Source of the DNA: Eledone cirrhosa
Taxonomy: Eukaryota
Reading direction: 5' to 3'
Length of the DNA stretch: 64,000 nucleotides
Assembly: GCA_964016885.1 (NCBI GenBank)
Contig: OZ024746.1
Location: 7,068,001 to 7,132,000, forward strand
Shown: positions 38,244 through 52,429 of the stretch, one piece after another
Numbering within the stretch: position 1 is the first letter of the stretch
Layout of the letters: each line of letters begins with the position of its first letter
Program-made: the position numbers and the translations under genes
The notes under the pieces: generated by a model
Database searches by the model: none
What the model was told of the DNA's origin: nothing
The model's input: the letters and a program-made list of their open reading frames with translations, nothing else

Positions 38244-39372
38244 TTACCCTGCTTGCAAGGTGGGACGGGAACAGATTCTGGCTTGATTTCTACAGCTGGA
38301 TGCCCTTCCTAACACCAACCTCATTTACAGTGAGTGCTGGGTGCTTTAACCAAGCCAAAATACAGATCTGTATGAGCAAGATGAAGCCACCTGGCCTGAC
38401 TTGTTTCATAACATGACAACCTGTCTAACTCACGTGTGGAAAAATAGACATCTGATGATGATGATATACCTATATACATTAGCAAATAAGACTGGTACTA
38501 AATGGTATTGATTGATGATACATCATCATCATCATTTAAACATTTATGTTCCATGCTAGCATGGGTTAGATGAGTTGTCCTGTTGTGAGACAAGTCAGAT
38601 CAGATGACCATGTCTTGCTTATACAGCAAAACAGCTGGATGCCCTTCCTAACGCCAACCACATTTACAGTGTGGACTGGGCACTTTTTGTCATGGCACCA
38701 TAACAACCACTTTACAGTGTGGACTGGATGTTATTGTTGTGTCGCTAACACCACTTGTGTTACCAACTTTGCCACACCTTACAGGGCAGACAAGGGTTCT
38801 CTTTGTTGTGCACCAACCCATCCAAACACAGCCACCGTCCTTTGTGCCCTCAACACAACCATTTTACAGGGTGGGTTGGGTGCCTCCTGTTGTGTCACCA
38901 GCATGACTACCTTACAGGATCAACTGGGTGCTTATTTGTCAGTCACCAGCACAACCACCTTGCAGAGAGGGCTAGGTGCTCTTTTCTCATGTTACCTTAC
39001 AGGAAAGACTAAGTGCTCTTTTGTCATGGCAGATATACTAGGGGCTTTTGTTATGACACCAGCATACAGGGTGGACTGAGAGCTTTTAGACATTTCAGCA
39101 GCATTGTGGGAGAGCATGTTCATCTGTTCATCTTTCCATGCTTGTATAGATGCATTGGTGAAAAGATGTGCCTCAGATATGGAAAGTAGGGATGGGAATG
39201 TGTGTAGAGTGAGGGTTGGAGAGGTAGGTCTACAGTCGGGTACTTAGCTGGTGAAGAGCAGAGTGTTAAATTGTGGGAGGTGTATGAAAGGTGAGAATTG
39301 CTGATACTAGAAACCACTAGATGAGAAGGCAAGTATTCTGCATAATGCCAGTAATACATATATATATATATA

Positions 39373-39686
39373 TGGGTACAAGCTGAAGCATATAGACAAT
39401 ATGCCCCCACACCCTCCCACTGCAAGGTCGTCGTGGAGGTGCCACGGCAAAAAAGCACCCAGCCCACACTGTAAAGTGGATGTGTAGGTGCCACGAAAAA
39501 GCACCCACCACTCACTGTAAATGAGGTTGGTGTTAGGAAGGGCATCCAGCTGTAGAAATCAAGCCAAATCAGTTCCTGTATGAGCAAGGCATGGTCAGCT
39601 GACCAGACACTGCCCACAACAGGACAACCCATCTAACCCATGCTAGCGTGGAAGAACGGACGTAAAACGGTGATGATGATGATGAT
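39373..39686 (+). mobile_element. Young retroposon 3' module copy
   Basis: Near-identical to 14028-14341. Many older copies occur, for example near 1314-1640, 3677-3960, 29690-29930, 36244-36530, 38520-39100 and 41280-41481. Confidence 0.85.
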
Positions 39687-39695
39687 AAACATATA

Positions 39696-39860
39696 CCGTA
39701 TTTCCCGGCGTCGAAGACGCTACTTTTTTCCTAAAATAAGTGTCAAAAATCTACCATGCGTCCTGGAGGTTGAAGGTTGTTTATTATTTTCTTTTCAAAT
39801 TTTTGTCAAAATTAGGGTGCTTCCTCGGGATCGAAGCGTCTTTGGTGCCGGGAAATCCGG
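39696..39860. mobile_element. Tc1/pogo-type MITE with a TA target-site duplication
   Basis: ta|ccgtatttcccggcgtcgaagacgc...gcgtctttggtgccgggaaatccgg|ta. Confidence 0.7.
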
Positions 39861-41755
39861 TATATATATATAAAATTTCCCTGGAATTTCTTTCTATGAA
39901 TTTCCACTTGTACAGTGGAAGAAACATTTAGGTCACTTAAAATTCATTATTTATAATTGGGACATGAAATCTTTATCACTAGAATGATGACCTGAATGAC
40001 TTAAATTACTTCAGCCTCTGCACTACTCTCACAGTAACCCTTCACATAGTTGAACTCAACGTAATTTGAAATGGTTAACTTCCACAAAATTAGTAGTGTG
40101 TAGTTGTGGGAATTAACAACATCAACACATTTGTAGGCCATACCGAAGCCTTATTTTTTTGTATCCAACCCACAAAGCTATAAGGCAAATACATCTACAT
40201 CTGTACTGGTGCCACAAGAAACTCTAATAAAGAGAAGCTTACCAGCTTTATCTTATTCATCAACAATTCCAGTATTTTGGGCACCTCTATCACCTTCCTT
40301 AAATGCCATAACCAGCAATATCTAGCAACCTTTATATTTATATTCTTACACACTTTACTCATGGCATACACATTAAATCTACTACCAATGCATAACTCTA
40401 GCTGTTTATACAGTAAAAGAGTTCATCAAAGCAAAAGAAATGTGCAATCTTTGCACAAAGTTACTCTCAATTAATCATGGACACGCCTTTCAGTTGAGTG
40501 TGATATTTTACCAGCCTTGCTGCTATCCACACAGACACCTAGTTCTTCATTATCTTCCACTTAACTGCCTTTCTTGTACAATACTTTTCTTCCTAGCCTA
40601 CTTATACCCGAGAGGGTCGTGGGGATAGAGGCCTCAAACATTCCTTCCAGCGGGTCCTGTCAGAAGCAACCATTTCCAGTTGATCTGCTGGATCCCCAAG
40701 CAAGACCAGCTGAGCTCATGAATGTTATCCAATCATCTTGCTCAGGGTCTACCCCTGGGTCTCCTGCCAGTTAATTTTACCCATAAAATCTATCTAGAAA
40801 TTCTTTCCTGAGACATATTCTTCAAATATGGATAAAATCTACATGTCCTATCATCAGAAGATCTATCATCATGATGTCACCCTTCTACCACAGATACCCT
40901 CACAGGTGGAAACATAAAAAGCCCAGACATCATCTGAGTGATTCTACCAGCATGAGCACCCCACCCCCTTTTCTTCTCTTGGAACTCTTATTGTTGACTT
41001 CTTGTGTCCTATATATCTTACTAGTTGTGGTGCAGAGCACGCAAAGTTGATGGAAGCTATGGAGTTGGAAGACCGAGGGAGACTTGGGATGAGGTGATAA
41101 AAGCTGACCTTGCACAATTGCAACTTTCAGAGGCGATGACACAGGACTGAGATCTCTGGCGTTATGCAGTAATACAGAAGACCTGCCTTCCCATGAAGAC
41201 AGGCTGGGGTATAGATACATCTGGTATGCACCCTCACCTTCATCCACATCTTAACATATGCCCACCTCCCATCCCACCAAAGCACCTAGCCTACACTGTA
41301 CAAAAAGTACCCAGCCCGCACTGTAAATGTGGTTGGTATTAGGAAGGGCATCCAGTAGTAGAAACCAAGCCCAAATCAGTTCTATATGAGCAAGATATGG
41401 TCATCTGACTTGGACTTGCCTCAAATAGGACAACCCATCTAGCATGGAAAATGGACGTTAAACGATGATGATGATGATGATATAGATTATCCCCAATTCC
41501 CTATGCTTCATACCCACCCACCCTGTGTCTTTGCTAACTACTTTCACTCATCTACTGTTACACTTCATTTTTTCTTCTTTTCTTTAATCCCCTCTCTCTC
41601 CTATTGTAAGTCCAGCCCAAGGGACCTATAATCTAGTAGCGACCATGTAGTTTCAGATTTTTGTTATTTCTTTTTGTGTGTGTGTATTCCATGTGTCCCT
41701 TTAAAAAAATATCGGATCTGATTTTGACAAGTTCCTGTATAAGTGTGTGCATATG

Positions 41756-41822
<67 letters not shown>

Positions 41823-44408
41823 CCTGCACGTGTATACTATAGTGTCAGGATTGGCTTCCTACTAACAATTATTATCCCTTAATATTTACTTTTTCCCCGC
41901 TTATGTGTAAAATTATCTATATGTAACGTATCTTTATAATTTTATTATTATTATTAATATTCAAACTTTTCTCCCTTAGTAAACAAGACAATTGAAATAC
42001 TGTTTTGGACATTTTCATTCCTCCTACCCCCCCAATATTCCACTATTTTCTTTATTTTAGGAAATATCAAATCTCACTTCCCAGTGCCACGAATCTGTCT
42101 TATTTTTCCTATAATACTTACTTATTTCATTAATTTTGGACAAAACAATGACAGGTAAAATTGACTTGGCCGATATTTGAACTCTTAATCTTAAAAACCT
42201 GTCACTAAATACCGCCAGTTATTTTGTCCGGCGTTTTATTGATTCTGCCATCCCTCCCCCTTTTACCAGGAATATCTCAAATATTTCCTATAATTATCGA
42301 ACTGTACAGCCTTTAGGTTTTTATAGTCATTGGTTATTCCAATAAATATTTCACAATGGACATTTATTTATTAAGCAAAACCGAACAATATAAATTAAGC
42401 TAATTAATGAAATAAAATAACTGTACAAATTAGAATCTTTTAAACAAAGAAGAAAGTGTGTGTATATACAATATATAATAGAAACAATAATTCTCGATAA
42501 ATTATATAAGCAGCGGACTGCAAAATGGAAAGAAGGAGCTTTCTAATATGTTCGCTAAAGATACGTACTGGAGAAGTTGAGAATTTTTTATCCATTTTTA
42601 TCCATATGTCACTGTATGGATATTAAGATAACAATGACTAGATATAATTTATAAACAGGAAGAGAGAGGAAAAAAAGAAAGAACATTCTTTACTTTAAAA
42701 CACACAAACATGAGGAATATACAATAAAAGATCTTAAATTTAATTTTCTCCCACAAATTCGTCTTCCAACATACGACTCCTCTTTATCTCAATATTTTAT
42801 CCGTTTTCATTACTGCTAAATCTCCCTAAATTACACTCAATTTTTGTTTCCTTTCCTTTTCTTTAACAATAAAATCATTTATTTTTTAAATCAAGAGAAA
42901 AAAAAGAATATTTAATTTAGAAATATATAAACCCCGTTAAAATTTAGATATGGTCAAATTTAACCAATAATGATAAATTGATTTATCAAAAGTTACTAAT
43001 GACTGTATAGTATAAAATATATAATTTTTAAAATTTTCCAAAAGCTGATATTTAAAGCATTAAAAAAATAATTAGACCTTAATATGGCGCCTTCGATCTT
43101 TCATACAAAAGAAACACTACACAGAATTGTACTTTGTCGTTATTAAACCATCTGTAATTGAAAAACAGCCATAGAAACACAAGAACTACTATTTAAGACA
43201 CCTATATGTACCGTAGACATTTATAAACGAGATATTCTGATACAACGAATTAATAAAATAATAATATTCCTTGTTTTCTTTCCTGCTAGAAAAACGGTTT
43301 AATTAAAGCCCAGTTCTACCCTAACAGTATAAATACTGAGGCAGTACCTATCATAAGACAATGTAGTCGTAGATATTACTAGAGTTGAAGAAAAAAAAAG
43401 ATGATGATGAGAAGAAAGATGGACAAGGCTTGGATAGATCTTTGATGATTTGATCATTGATCTGCTACATCAGGTATGACCTGGGACTTCATTTACAGAA
43501 GAGGAAATAATCTTCTAATTCGATAAGTGTCGGATTACCAATAAATAGCAACCAGATATTCTTTCAATCACATCTTACACATTTAAAGAAAGACATACCC
43601 AGAGAAGTACACGTTGCATCGAAAGAAAGAAATTTTAAATAAAACAATATATAGCTGACTGGACGGCCATGCCAGGAACGCCGTTCGTCCTAAATCTGCT
43701 CTGATGGAGGAACACATCTAAGGCTAAACAAACACCTAGTAATAATATAATGGTTTCTGAATTAGGGGAGAAGAAAGTCAATTAAATCGACTCAGTGTAT
43801 GACTGGTACTTTATTTTATTAACCGATGTAGAGATAAAAGACAAGGCTAACCGCGGCGAACTAGTTTCCCTTAATATATGAATTCAAATTATCTTTTTAT
43901 CATCCTAGTCTACATTTTTCAACAACTTGACTTAAAAAAAAAAAAATAATAATAATAATAAAGTTTTCTTTTGATATGTAATAAAACTAGTTTTCCTTAA
44001 TATATAGATTGAAATTTTTTTTAACATGCCATTCTTATATGCTTTTCACCAATTTGATTTTAAAAAAGAAGCCCCTCGTGGGCCTAATTTGAGAGTAGAG
44101 TAGAGTTAAACATGTTGTGCCGCAGTTACTTTAAATCACAAGCATATCATAAGATTATATTTCTTCCCAATAGAATAGAGTGTATTTAGTAAATGTGAGT
44201 TAACTGTTTTAGATAGTCCACAAATATATATCACATTACACATTGTCTAATAACTATAAATATATATTTTTAAGATCACACATTATATATATATATATAT
44301 ATACATATAATGATTTTACATAAATAAATAAATAAATACACACATATATATGTAGTATAATAGAATATAAATTTATATTATTATCATCTTGCAGAAACAC
44401 ACACACAC

Positions 44409-44467
<59 letters not shown>

Positions 44468-47264
44468 GCGCACGTACGCATATAATATCTTAAATATCTC
44501 TAAATATAAGGTTTTAATGACGGACTTGCAGCTATTCTGCTTTTTTCTGCTACTGCAACATCTTAAAACTGATCAGGATTTTCTTTAGTAAATACATATA
44601 TACTTTTGGAGTCATTAAAAATGCAATTTTCAGAAACAATAAAGGTTTTTTTTATCATCATCATTATAATCCTCATCATCCATCCATGAGAATGGTCTTT
44701 TAATGTAGTAGCACGTGCAAGAATGACTTTGTACAAAGAACTGCAAGAATTATTTCGTGTATATGTACTTGTGTATGTGTATAGAGGCACAAGACCAGTT
44801 GTTGCAGAAAAGCTCCTTTCACTTGGTTTTATCACAGCAATTCCCCTATATACTTTCACTTGCATGAAAATTATCAATGTTAAAGGGAAAGCGGGGGAAA
44901 TTTAAAGACAACACCCGACCGTACATGAAATCAAGAATCTAGATGGAGTGAACTAAAAACATATATATATTTTAGAAATTCTTTATCCGGTGGTCTTACT
45001 ATGTTCAGCCACCAGTGATCATGTAACATGGAAAATATGCATGTGATTACTCTATATTCTAATACATATATGAATAAAGATGATTAAACTAATTAAAATT
45101 GCAATGTATGTGCGCCATTCTATCTGTATGCAGAATTGAGAGAATGCAATATTTATGAATAGTGAACAATAATTGATCTTACCAATATCATAACTCCGGA
45201 TAAATCTTGCACAAGGATGAAACGAACAAATTTTGTTCCAGTGAAAAATATGGAAAAACACAAAGTGAAGAGGGTCCTAAAAAGGGGAGACAACTTTGGA
45301 GTAGTATATTGCTTAAGTTGAAATTAATGTTGGACGATGTGCCTAATTTATTATCATTTTAGTCTCAAATCATCTATTGTGCGACAAATTAAATACTTTT
45401 TTTTTAGATAGTTTTTAATCTGTACAACTCAACTATACTTCCGTTGCAGAATTAGACGAAAATAAAACGAACAAAAACCTCAAAATATAATAATAATAAT
45501 TTTGAGCTAAAGTTATCTGCCCATTTTCAACACTAATTTTAGTATATTAAACACATTACATATATTATAAGTCTCATTAACATCAATCAAATAAATCATA
45601 AGGTTTATCTATACACCTGTTCACGTAGAATAGAAACAACGGCTCTTGTTGTATGTAGTTTAAACCAGGTAAAGATTGATTAGGTAGATCTCTGATCAAA
45701 GGCATTCCAGCCGTGACCATCCTGTTTTAAGGGTATCTAGCATAACATTATATGTGCCCTATCTTTTAGAAAAAAGAAAAAAGGAAAGTAAGATCTGATT
45801 TGAAGAATATTTCATTGTTATATCTCGCAGACTGGGACTCCGTGATTAGTTCGTTGTTATTGGAAGGTGCTGTAAACATCTTGATCGAAATGATTGTTAA
45901 ATCTCCTAAACTAAAATATTACATAAATAATCACCGTTATTCGATTTTTAAACATAATTTCGTTAAATTTAATATATATTTCAGTTGTATATTCTAACGT
46001 ACACCCTTTTAGTCGGGAAACAATTATGTATTATATACGTTATTAAACACAAATGTATTGCAGGTACCATTAGAAAGCTGTTTCTTTGTCAAATTCTTTT
46101 ATGCAAATTTGATGGATCCTTTCCAACTTAAATTTTCCTTATATATTAACTACCCTTGGAGAGTTAATTACAGACTCACAGCAAATAAGCCTTTCAAATA
46201 CTTTCCTTCGTATGACTCAGAAAACTAAATTATATGAAATTGGTTATTGATACAAGATGAAATGAAAAACAAAATTAACGAAAAGATCTTATTATACTAA
46301 TTAGTGGTATGAAAATGTTTAAAAACATCTTATTTCCGGAATTTACCAACGTATCTATAGAGTATACTAATGGCCAACACGGATAAAAAGATAGTTTTAT
46401 CTCTGTTCAAAGGGAATCAAATAGATTGAAACAAGTGTAAATGATCCCCGTGACCTTCCAGGCTTGTGTAGGGCGGAGCAGTACAAATCTCCTTCCATTT
46501 ATATCTTCCGCGGGGAAAACGGTTTATTAAGTGTATTTAACCATATTTATAGCATAAACGAATATCTTTTAAAAAGGTTTTTAAGTAATTTCTTTTGAAA
46601 ATTCTACATTGTTTTAATAATTGATGCATCCTGTGATGAGCGAGTGCTCACACTATATCTGCTAAGAAATATTGTGGGATCGATAAAATAAAGTTCCATT
46701 TAAGCTTTGGGTAGATTGAATTATTTTTATTAAGTAACCTAGTTACGAATGGAATTATAACAAATGACATAAGAATTTTGAGGAGATAAAAATCTCAGGA
46801 AAGAATCACTAGACAGATTTTACGGGCAAAATCAACCGACAGGAGATCCAAGGATAGACCCCGAGCAAGATGGTTGGATAACATCTATGGGTTTGGCTAA
46901 TCTCGCTTGGGGATCCAGCCGGATCAGTTGGAAACGGTTGCTTTTTTTGACAGGACCCACGGGAAGGAGTGTTTGAGGATTCTGCCCCCAGACCCTCTCA
47001 GGAATTAGTGAGCGAAGAAGAAAGAAGACTAAGAATTTTTTAAGGTGTTGTGCAGTGGGATCGAACTGTATACTGAAGGGTTTGGTTTCAGTTCTATCAG
47101 TTGTAAACATTTTGAGTTATTAGTTAATTTTAATTTTAAACACTGCGTATGTTTGAATCTTTAATTGAAGGTTTCTTTAACATAGATTTAACTCTGATAA
47201 TACATGATTACTTCCCTTCATCCTTTTTAAAAACTGAATCTTGTCATTGAATTTTGGGTGATTT

Positions 47265-47480
47265 ACAATAAAATTTTAAAATACCGGGAATTATCGACAA
47301 ACTATTTTTTCCAGCCTGTGACGTTCGAGACATTTGGAGGAGCTGGTCCGCTGACAACGAAGTTCTTGTCACCGTTGGCGGCTCGCCCAATCGAGGTATC
47401 AGGTGATGCCAACGAGGGTACTTGGTTGTTCCAGTGTCTTAGCCACGCAATCACCCGCAGTAACGCTGCCTCAAAAATTA
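47265..47480 (+). mobile_element. CRE-clade 3' relic
   Basis: KILKYRELSTNYFFQPVTFETFG...WLFQCLSHAITRSNAAS is homologous to the 52.4-53.1 kb ORF. Confidence 0.75.
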
Positions 47481-48049
47481 TTAGAGGAAGAGTCCGGCAT
47501 CCCTATCAGTCTGTGACCGATTGCCATACTTAGTGTTGGCTTCATATTTTTTTTCGTTTTCATTCTTTATTTTCATGTGTAATATTTTTGTAATTAAGTA
47601 ACAGAGATATATAAATATGTACGTGTTGATTTTTGATAGCTATGACATTTGTGTTTGTAATTTCAAGCTATCTCTATTGTCAGGAAAATAATTGTTTGGG
47701 AAGAAACGTGAACTTTGCTATTGTGTAATTTCATGTACATCGTTTATTTCGACATACAAACATATAGCTATTCTTATTCCAAAGAATCATGCTATTATGC
47801 TAATGTGGGCGAAATCGGATTAATGATGGCATGTTTTTTCTTTGTTTTGATATTCAAACAAGTTTGGTGTTTCAATAGTAAATTCAGTCTTGAGCTGGAT
47901 TGTCAAGGGTTGATGAGGATAGACCAGATAAGTCTTACCTTTTGCCCCTGTGTAAGAACTAGATGTTTCATTTGAGAGGCCACCGTCGGCGGCCCTTTTG
48001 CTCCTTCCCGCATCTTGGATGTTGCGGTAAAGGTGAGCGAGGATTACTG

Positions 48050-48975
48050 CCTCTGTAACCGAAAGGAATAAAATTCTAAAATACCGGGAATTATCAGCAA
48101 ACTATTTTTTTTTCAGCCCGTGATGTTTGAGACATTGGTGGGAACTGATCCGCCTACTGACAACGAGGTTCTTGTCATTGTTGGTGGCACACCATACCGT
48201 GATATGAAGTGATGGCCACTGACAATGAGGTTCTTGTCATTGTTGGTGGCACACCATACCGTGATATGAAGTGATGGCCACTGACAACGAGGTTCTTGTC
48301 ATTGTTGGTGGCACACCATACCGTGATATGAAGTGATGGCCACTGACAATGAGGTTCTTGTCATTGTTGGTGGCACACCATACCGTGATATGATGTGATG
48401 GCCACTGACAACGAGGTTCTTGTCATTGTTGGTGGCACACCATACCGTGATATGAAGTGATGGCCACTGACAATGAGGTTCTTGTCATTGTTGGTGGCAC
48501 ACCATACTGTGATATGATGTGATGGCCACTGACAACGAGGTTCTTGTCATTGTTGGTGGCACACCATACTGTGATATGATGTGATGGCCACTGACAATGA
48601 GGTTCTTGTCATTGTTGGTGGCACACCATACTGTGATATGATGTGATGGCCACTGACAACGAGGTTCTTGTCGTTGTTGGTGACGCACCATACTGTGATA
48701 TGAAGTGATGGCCACTGACAACGAGGTTCTTGTCGTTGTTGGTGACGCACCATACTGTGATATGAAGTGATGGCCACTGACAACGAGGTTCTTGTCGTTG
48801 TTGGTGGCATACCATACCGTGATATGATGTGATGGCCACTGACAACGGGTTCTTGTCATTGTTGGTGGCACACCATACCGTGATATCAGGTGATGGCCAC
48901 GAGGATGCTTTCCTACATCTGTGCCTTAGTCTCGCCATCACCCGTGACAATGTTGCGAGTGTGTTTAGCGTGCCT
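48050..48975 (+). mobile_element. CRE-clade 3' relic split by an internal 62-bp tandem amplification
   Basis: Flanks translate as KILKYRELSANYFF/QPVMFET and EDAFLHLCLSLAITRDNVASV. Confidence 0.75.
48155..48900 (+). repeat. 62-bp tandem repeat, about 12 copies, embedded in a CRE retrotransposon relic
   Basis: Unit CCACTGACAACGAGGTTCTTGTCATTGTTGGTGGCACACCATACCGTGATATGAAGTGATGG. Confidence 0.95.
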
Positions 48976-51900
48976 AAAATAATTGTTTGTGAAAGGCTCC
49001 AGCATCCATTGTTTTTGTGTGTAATTTGAGTGTGCCAGTCTTCTTCTCCCTTTTTTGTTCTTCTTCCTCCTTTTCTTCACTCTCTAATATAAATTTAGTA
49101 CTGTATATATCTGCATATTCTTATTCATTGTATAATTGTATTGACAGGTCTAAGTAAGATTTTATTTTCAGATTAAACCGGAAAAAAATGCTTTCTTTAA
49201 AGTACTAAGATAGTTGTAGATGGTTATAGCTATATTTTCCCTTTATATTTCCACTAAGGGAATGTTTTGCCTTAGTGTATAAAATGGCAGACAATAAAAT
49301 GTAAATGAATGAAATGAGTCATTTTTATATAGCATTTAGGCAATATTATTTCCTCTGTAGAAATCATATACATCTCGCCTCGTAGAGTTAATTTGATGAT
49401 AAGCAGTAATTAACTACAGTCTGTTATGAGGGAACAGGTCGGTACAGAATAACAAATGACAAATCTTTCAGTTTATCGATTAATAATAAAAATAAAAAAA
49501 AAGACGAAAGACGAATTACAACAAAAAAAAAAAAAAAACAGGTACCTTCTATTTTCATTCATAATTTCTTTTGTCTGCCATTTTATATATTTGAAACGAA
49601 ATATTCATTTTGATTATTTTTTTTTTAGTTTTATTTGGGGTTCAATGATTAATATTTTCATTGTTTTCGGGGTGTTTTGATATTCTATCTATAATCAATA
49701 TATCAGGCATTTATTACATTTATATTTTATAATCTTTGTTTCATTTTAACTCCGCTATTAATATAAATAATAAACAAATAAAGGTTCAAGATTGTTACTT
49801 TCGAAAAAAAGGTCGGATTCTATCTTTATTTTGTTTGGTGCCATTCATTTTCACGATGTTTTCTTTTATTTAAATGATATAAACCATTTAGTTTCTAAAC
49901 ACTTATTTTATAAGTTGATCAAATATTAACTAAGAAGTACTACTGCTTGCATTTTAAAAAATTATTCGGAAACACTATTAAATCAAAATTAATCTACGTG
50001 TTATCTTTTTGTTGTTATATATGAAAACGATAAAATAACACAAGGAAAAGCCAAAACACAAAGGAATCTTTAATATTTCATAGGAAGACATAGAAAGAAT
50101 TGCAGAAAAGGAACTGATATTTAGGAACACCGATATTTCAACTCCTCCGAATCGATTAAATATATTTAGTTAATTTCTTCCCTTTTTTTAAATTTATTAT
50201 TATTATTGTGAAATTAGTTTCTGATTAAAAAAAGAAACATTAATTAATGCATTATGAGAAATTTAAAAAAAAACCAAACAAAAAAAAAAGTGTCACCATA
50301 ATTGTGTTTGAGAGTATCATATTTAGTCCTCTCTGTTGCAAGTGTTCTCAGCAAGATGTAAGTGTTTGTTTACTCTATATTATGTTTAGATTATAAATAT
50401 ATTATAGAAATATTGAAATTGAAAAATATATTTTTGAATTATATATGTCATGTTAGATGTACTAGTAGGAGATTATAGAATTAATGGGTTGTTCTGTTGT
50501 TTTTCAAAGATGATCGCTGTAGCAATATCTAAGCACATTGTTAGTAACATAGAGGTAAGCTCTGTTGTAGTTCTGTCTATGACAAGGTTTCTACTCCTGG
50601 TTGTTAAATGTCTCACTTCTTGCTCTTCACAAACATGAACCTCTAGCTTTGATTATATATTTTTGTTTATTATATTTATAAGGTTCTTAGCAATAATTAA
50701 TTGTATTTATTATGTTGTATTTATATTTTCATTCTGTAAGAAGTATTCATATCTATACAATATATTATACACTATCTATACAATATAGTATACACTATAT
50801 ATATATACAATATAGTATACACTATATATACAACATATTATACACTATCTATACAATATATTATACAATATATATTATATGCTATATATTATTTGTGTTT
50901 ATATTTTCATTCTGTAAGAGGTATTTATATGCTATATATTATACACTATATATATACAATATATTATACACTATATATACAATATATTATACACTAGATA
51001 TACTATATATTATATACTATTTATTATATATATATATATATATTATTATGTCTTTATATGTCTATGTTTTCAGCAATATATTATATTCTATTCTAAGAAA
51101 AGTAATAATGATGATATTTTAATTAGCTTTAAACCATCCTTTTAATTAATGCCCGAAGAACAAAAATATACTTCACACATTTGCCTTTATTTATATTTTA
51201 TACAATTTAAAATAAAGAATATTTTAAATATCTAGTAAATGTTATTATTATTAAAAAATAACACTATCTTAAGAAGGATTCATTTTTCCCTCCGGTCTTC
51301 GACTTTCAATGTATTGTCACTTGTCGATCTTGGTAAGCGGTTAAATACTAAATAAATTGGATTATTTTAACGAATATTAAATTTCGAGAATGTTGTAGTT
51401 TTTAAAAATTTGATTTTAAATATTGTCATTCATTAAAAACACAAAACAAAAGAGAAAATAATATTGCCGCCTCCACCTAAATCGACATGACTAATTCCTC
51501 ATATAAACCGTTTTATAAAGCTCAATCTGCTCTTGTTCTGTCCATCTTCCATATGTTAAGTTAATCTACTTGATTTCATCTGAGACTAGCATTTTCATAG
51601 ATAATAATAATAATAATAATAATAAATAAGTTAATTTTTCTACGATAATATTTCGTTAGATTACTGTCTAAATAAACATCTGTCCGGTTGAAATTAGATA
51701 GATGATGGTAGTCCATATTTTCTCAGTCTCTTATAGAATTTCAGTCAAAGAAAATATCACATTATTTTAATAAACGAGAAAGTATATATATATGGATGGG
51801 TTCAGTTTGAAACTGGTTAAACAATTACTCAACAGAGTACTCGATACTTGCGGTAGTGGAGTATGGTTATATTATAGAGAGTCGTGACCCGACGGCTGAG

Positions 51901-52429
51901 CTCTTGCCGTTTCAACAGCTAGTTAGATCTCCTTTCTCGCCGAAGTTTATATTTTTCTTGGTGCAATACTTGTTTATATATATATATATATCCAGGTTTT
52001 CAGCCACGTTTAACTACCGTCAGTTTACTACTGTTTGTTGATATAGTACAGAGGTGGAGAACCTTCTCGTGTTGAAATGCCACATTAAGTTGTAATATAA
52101 TAAGGCCACTTTCAAGAAACTATAATCACTGGTGTACTAGATTCTCACCAGACCCAGGTGATAGTGGCTCCAGTCAATCAGGAATATAATGTACATTCTA
52201 GAATCACGTTAGAACAATTTTATTCATAGTTGCACAAACAACATTACAAATCGTTTGCAATTCCTTCAGAATGAAAATATAAACGGAGCATATAAATAAA
52301 TTTACAGTAGAATAACATAACCAATGTTTTAAATATATACTTAAAGAAAATGTAAAAGAAGGGGTGAACAACGGAACCAACACCAGAGAAAAAGACAGCA
52401 ATGTCGCGAGTACTGGGCAACCTCTCTAA

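Noticed and set aside
38570-39632. ORFs of 169-170 aa containing WMPFLTPT
   Set aside because: Antisense translations of the recurrent SINE module, not genes.
50712-51122. 136-aa Tyr/Ile-rich ORF
   Set aside because: Translation of degenerate (TA)-rich low-complexity sequence.
51886-51915. Hammerhead 3' half on the minus strand (GAAACGGC...GCCGTC)
   Set aside because: No properly placed CUGANGA and stem I partner found.
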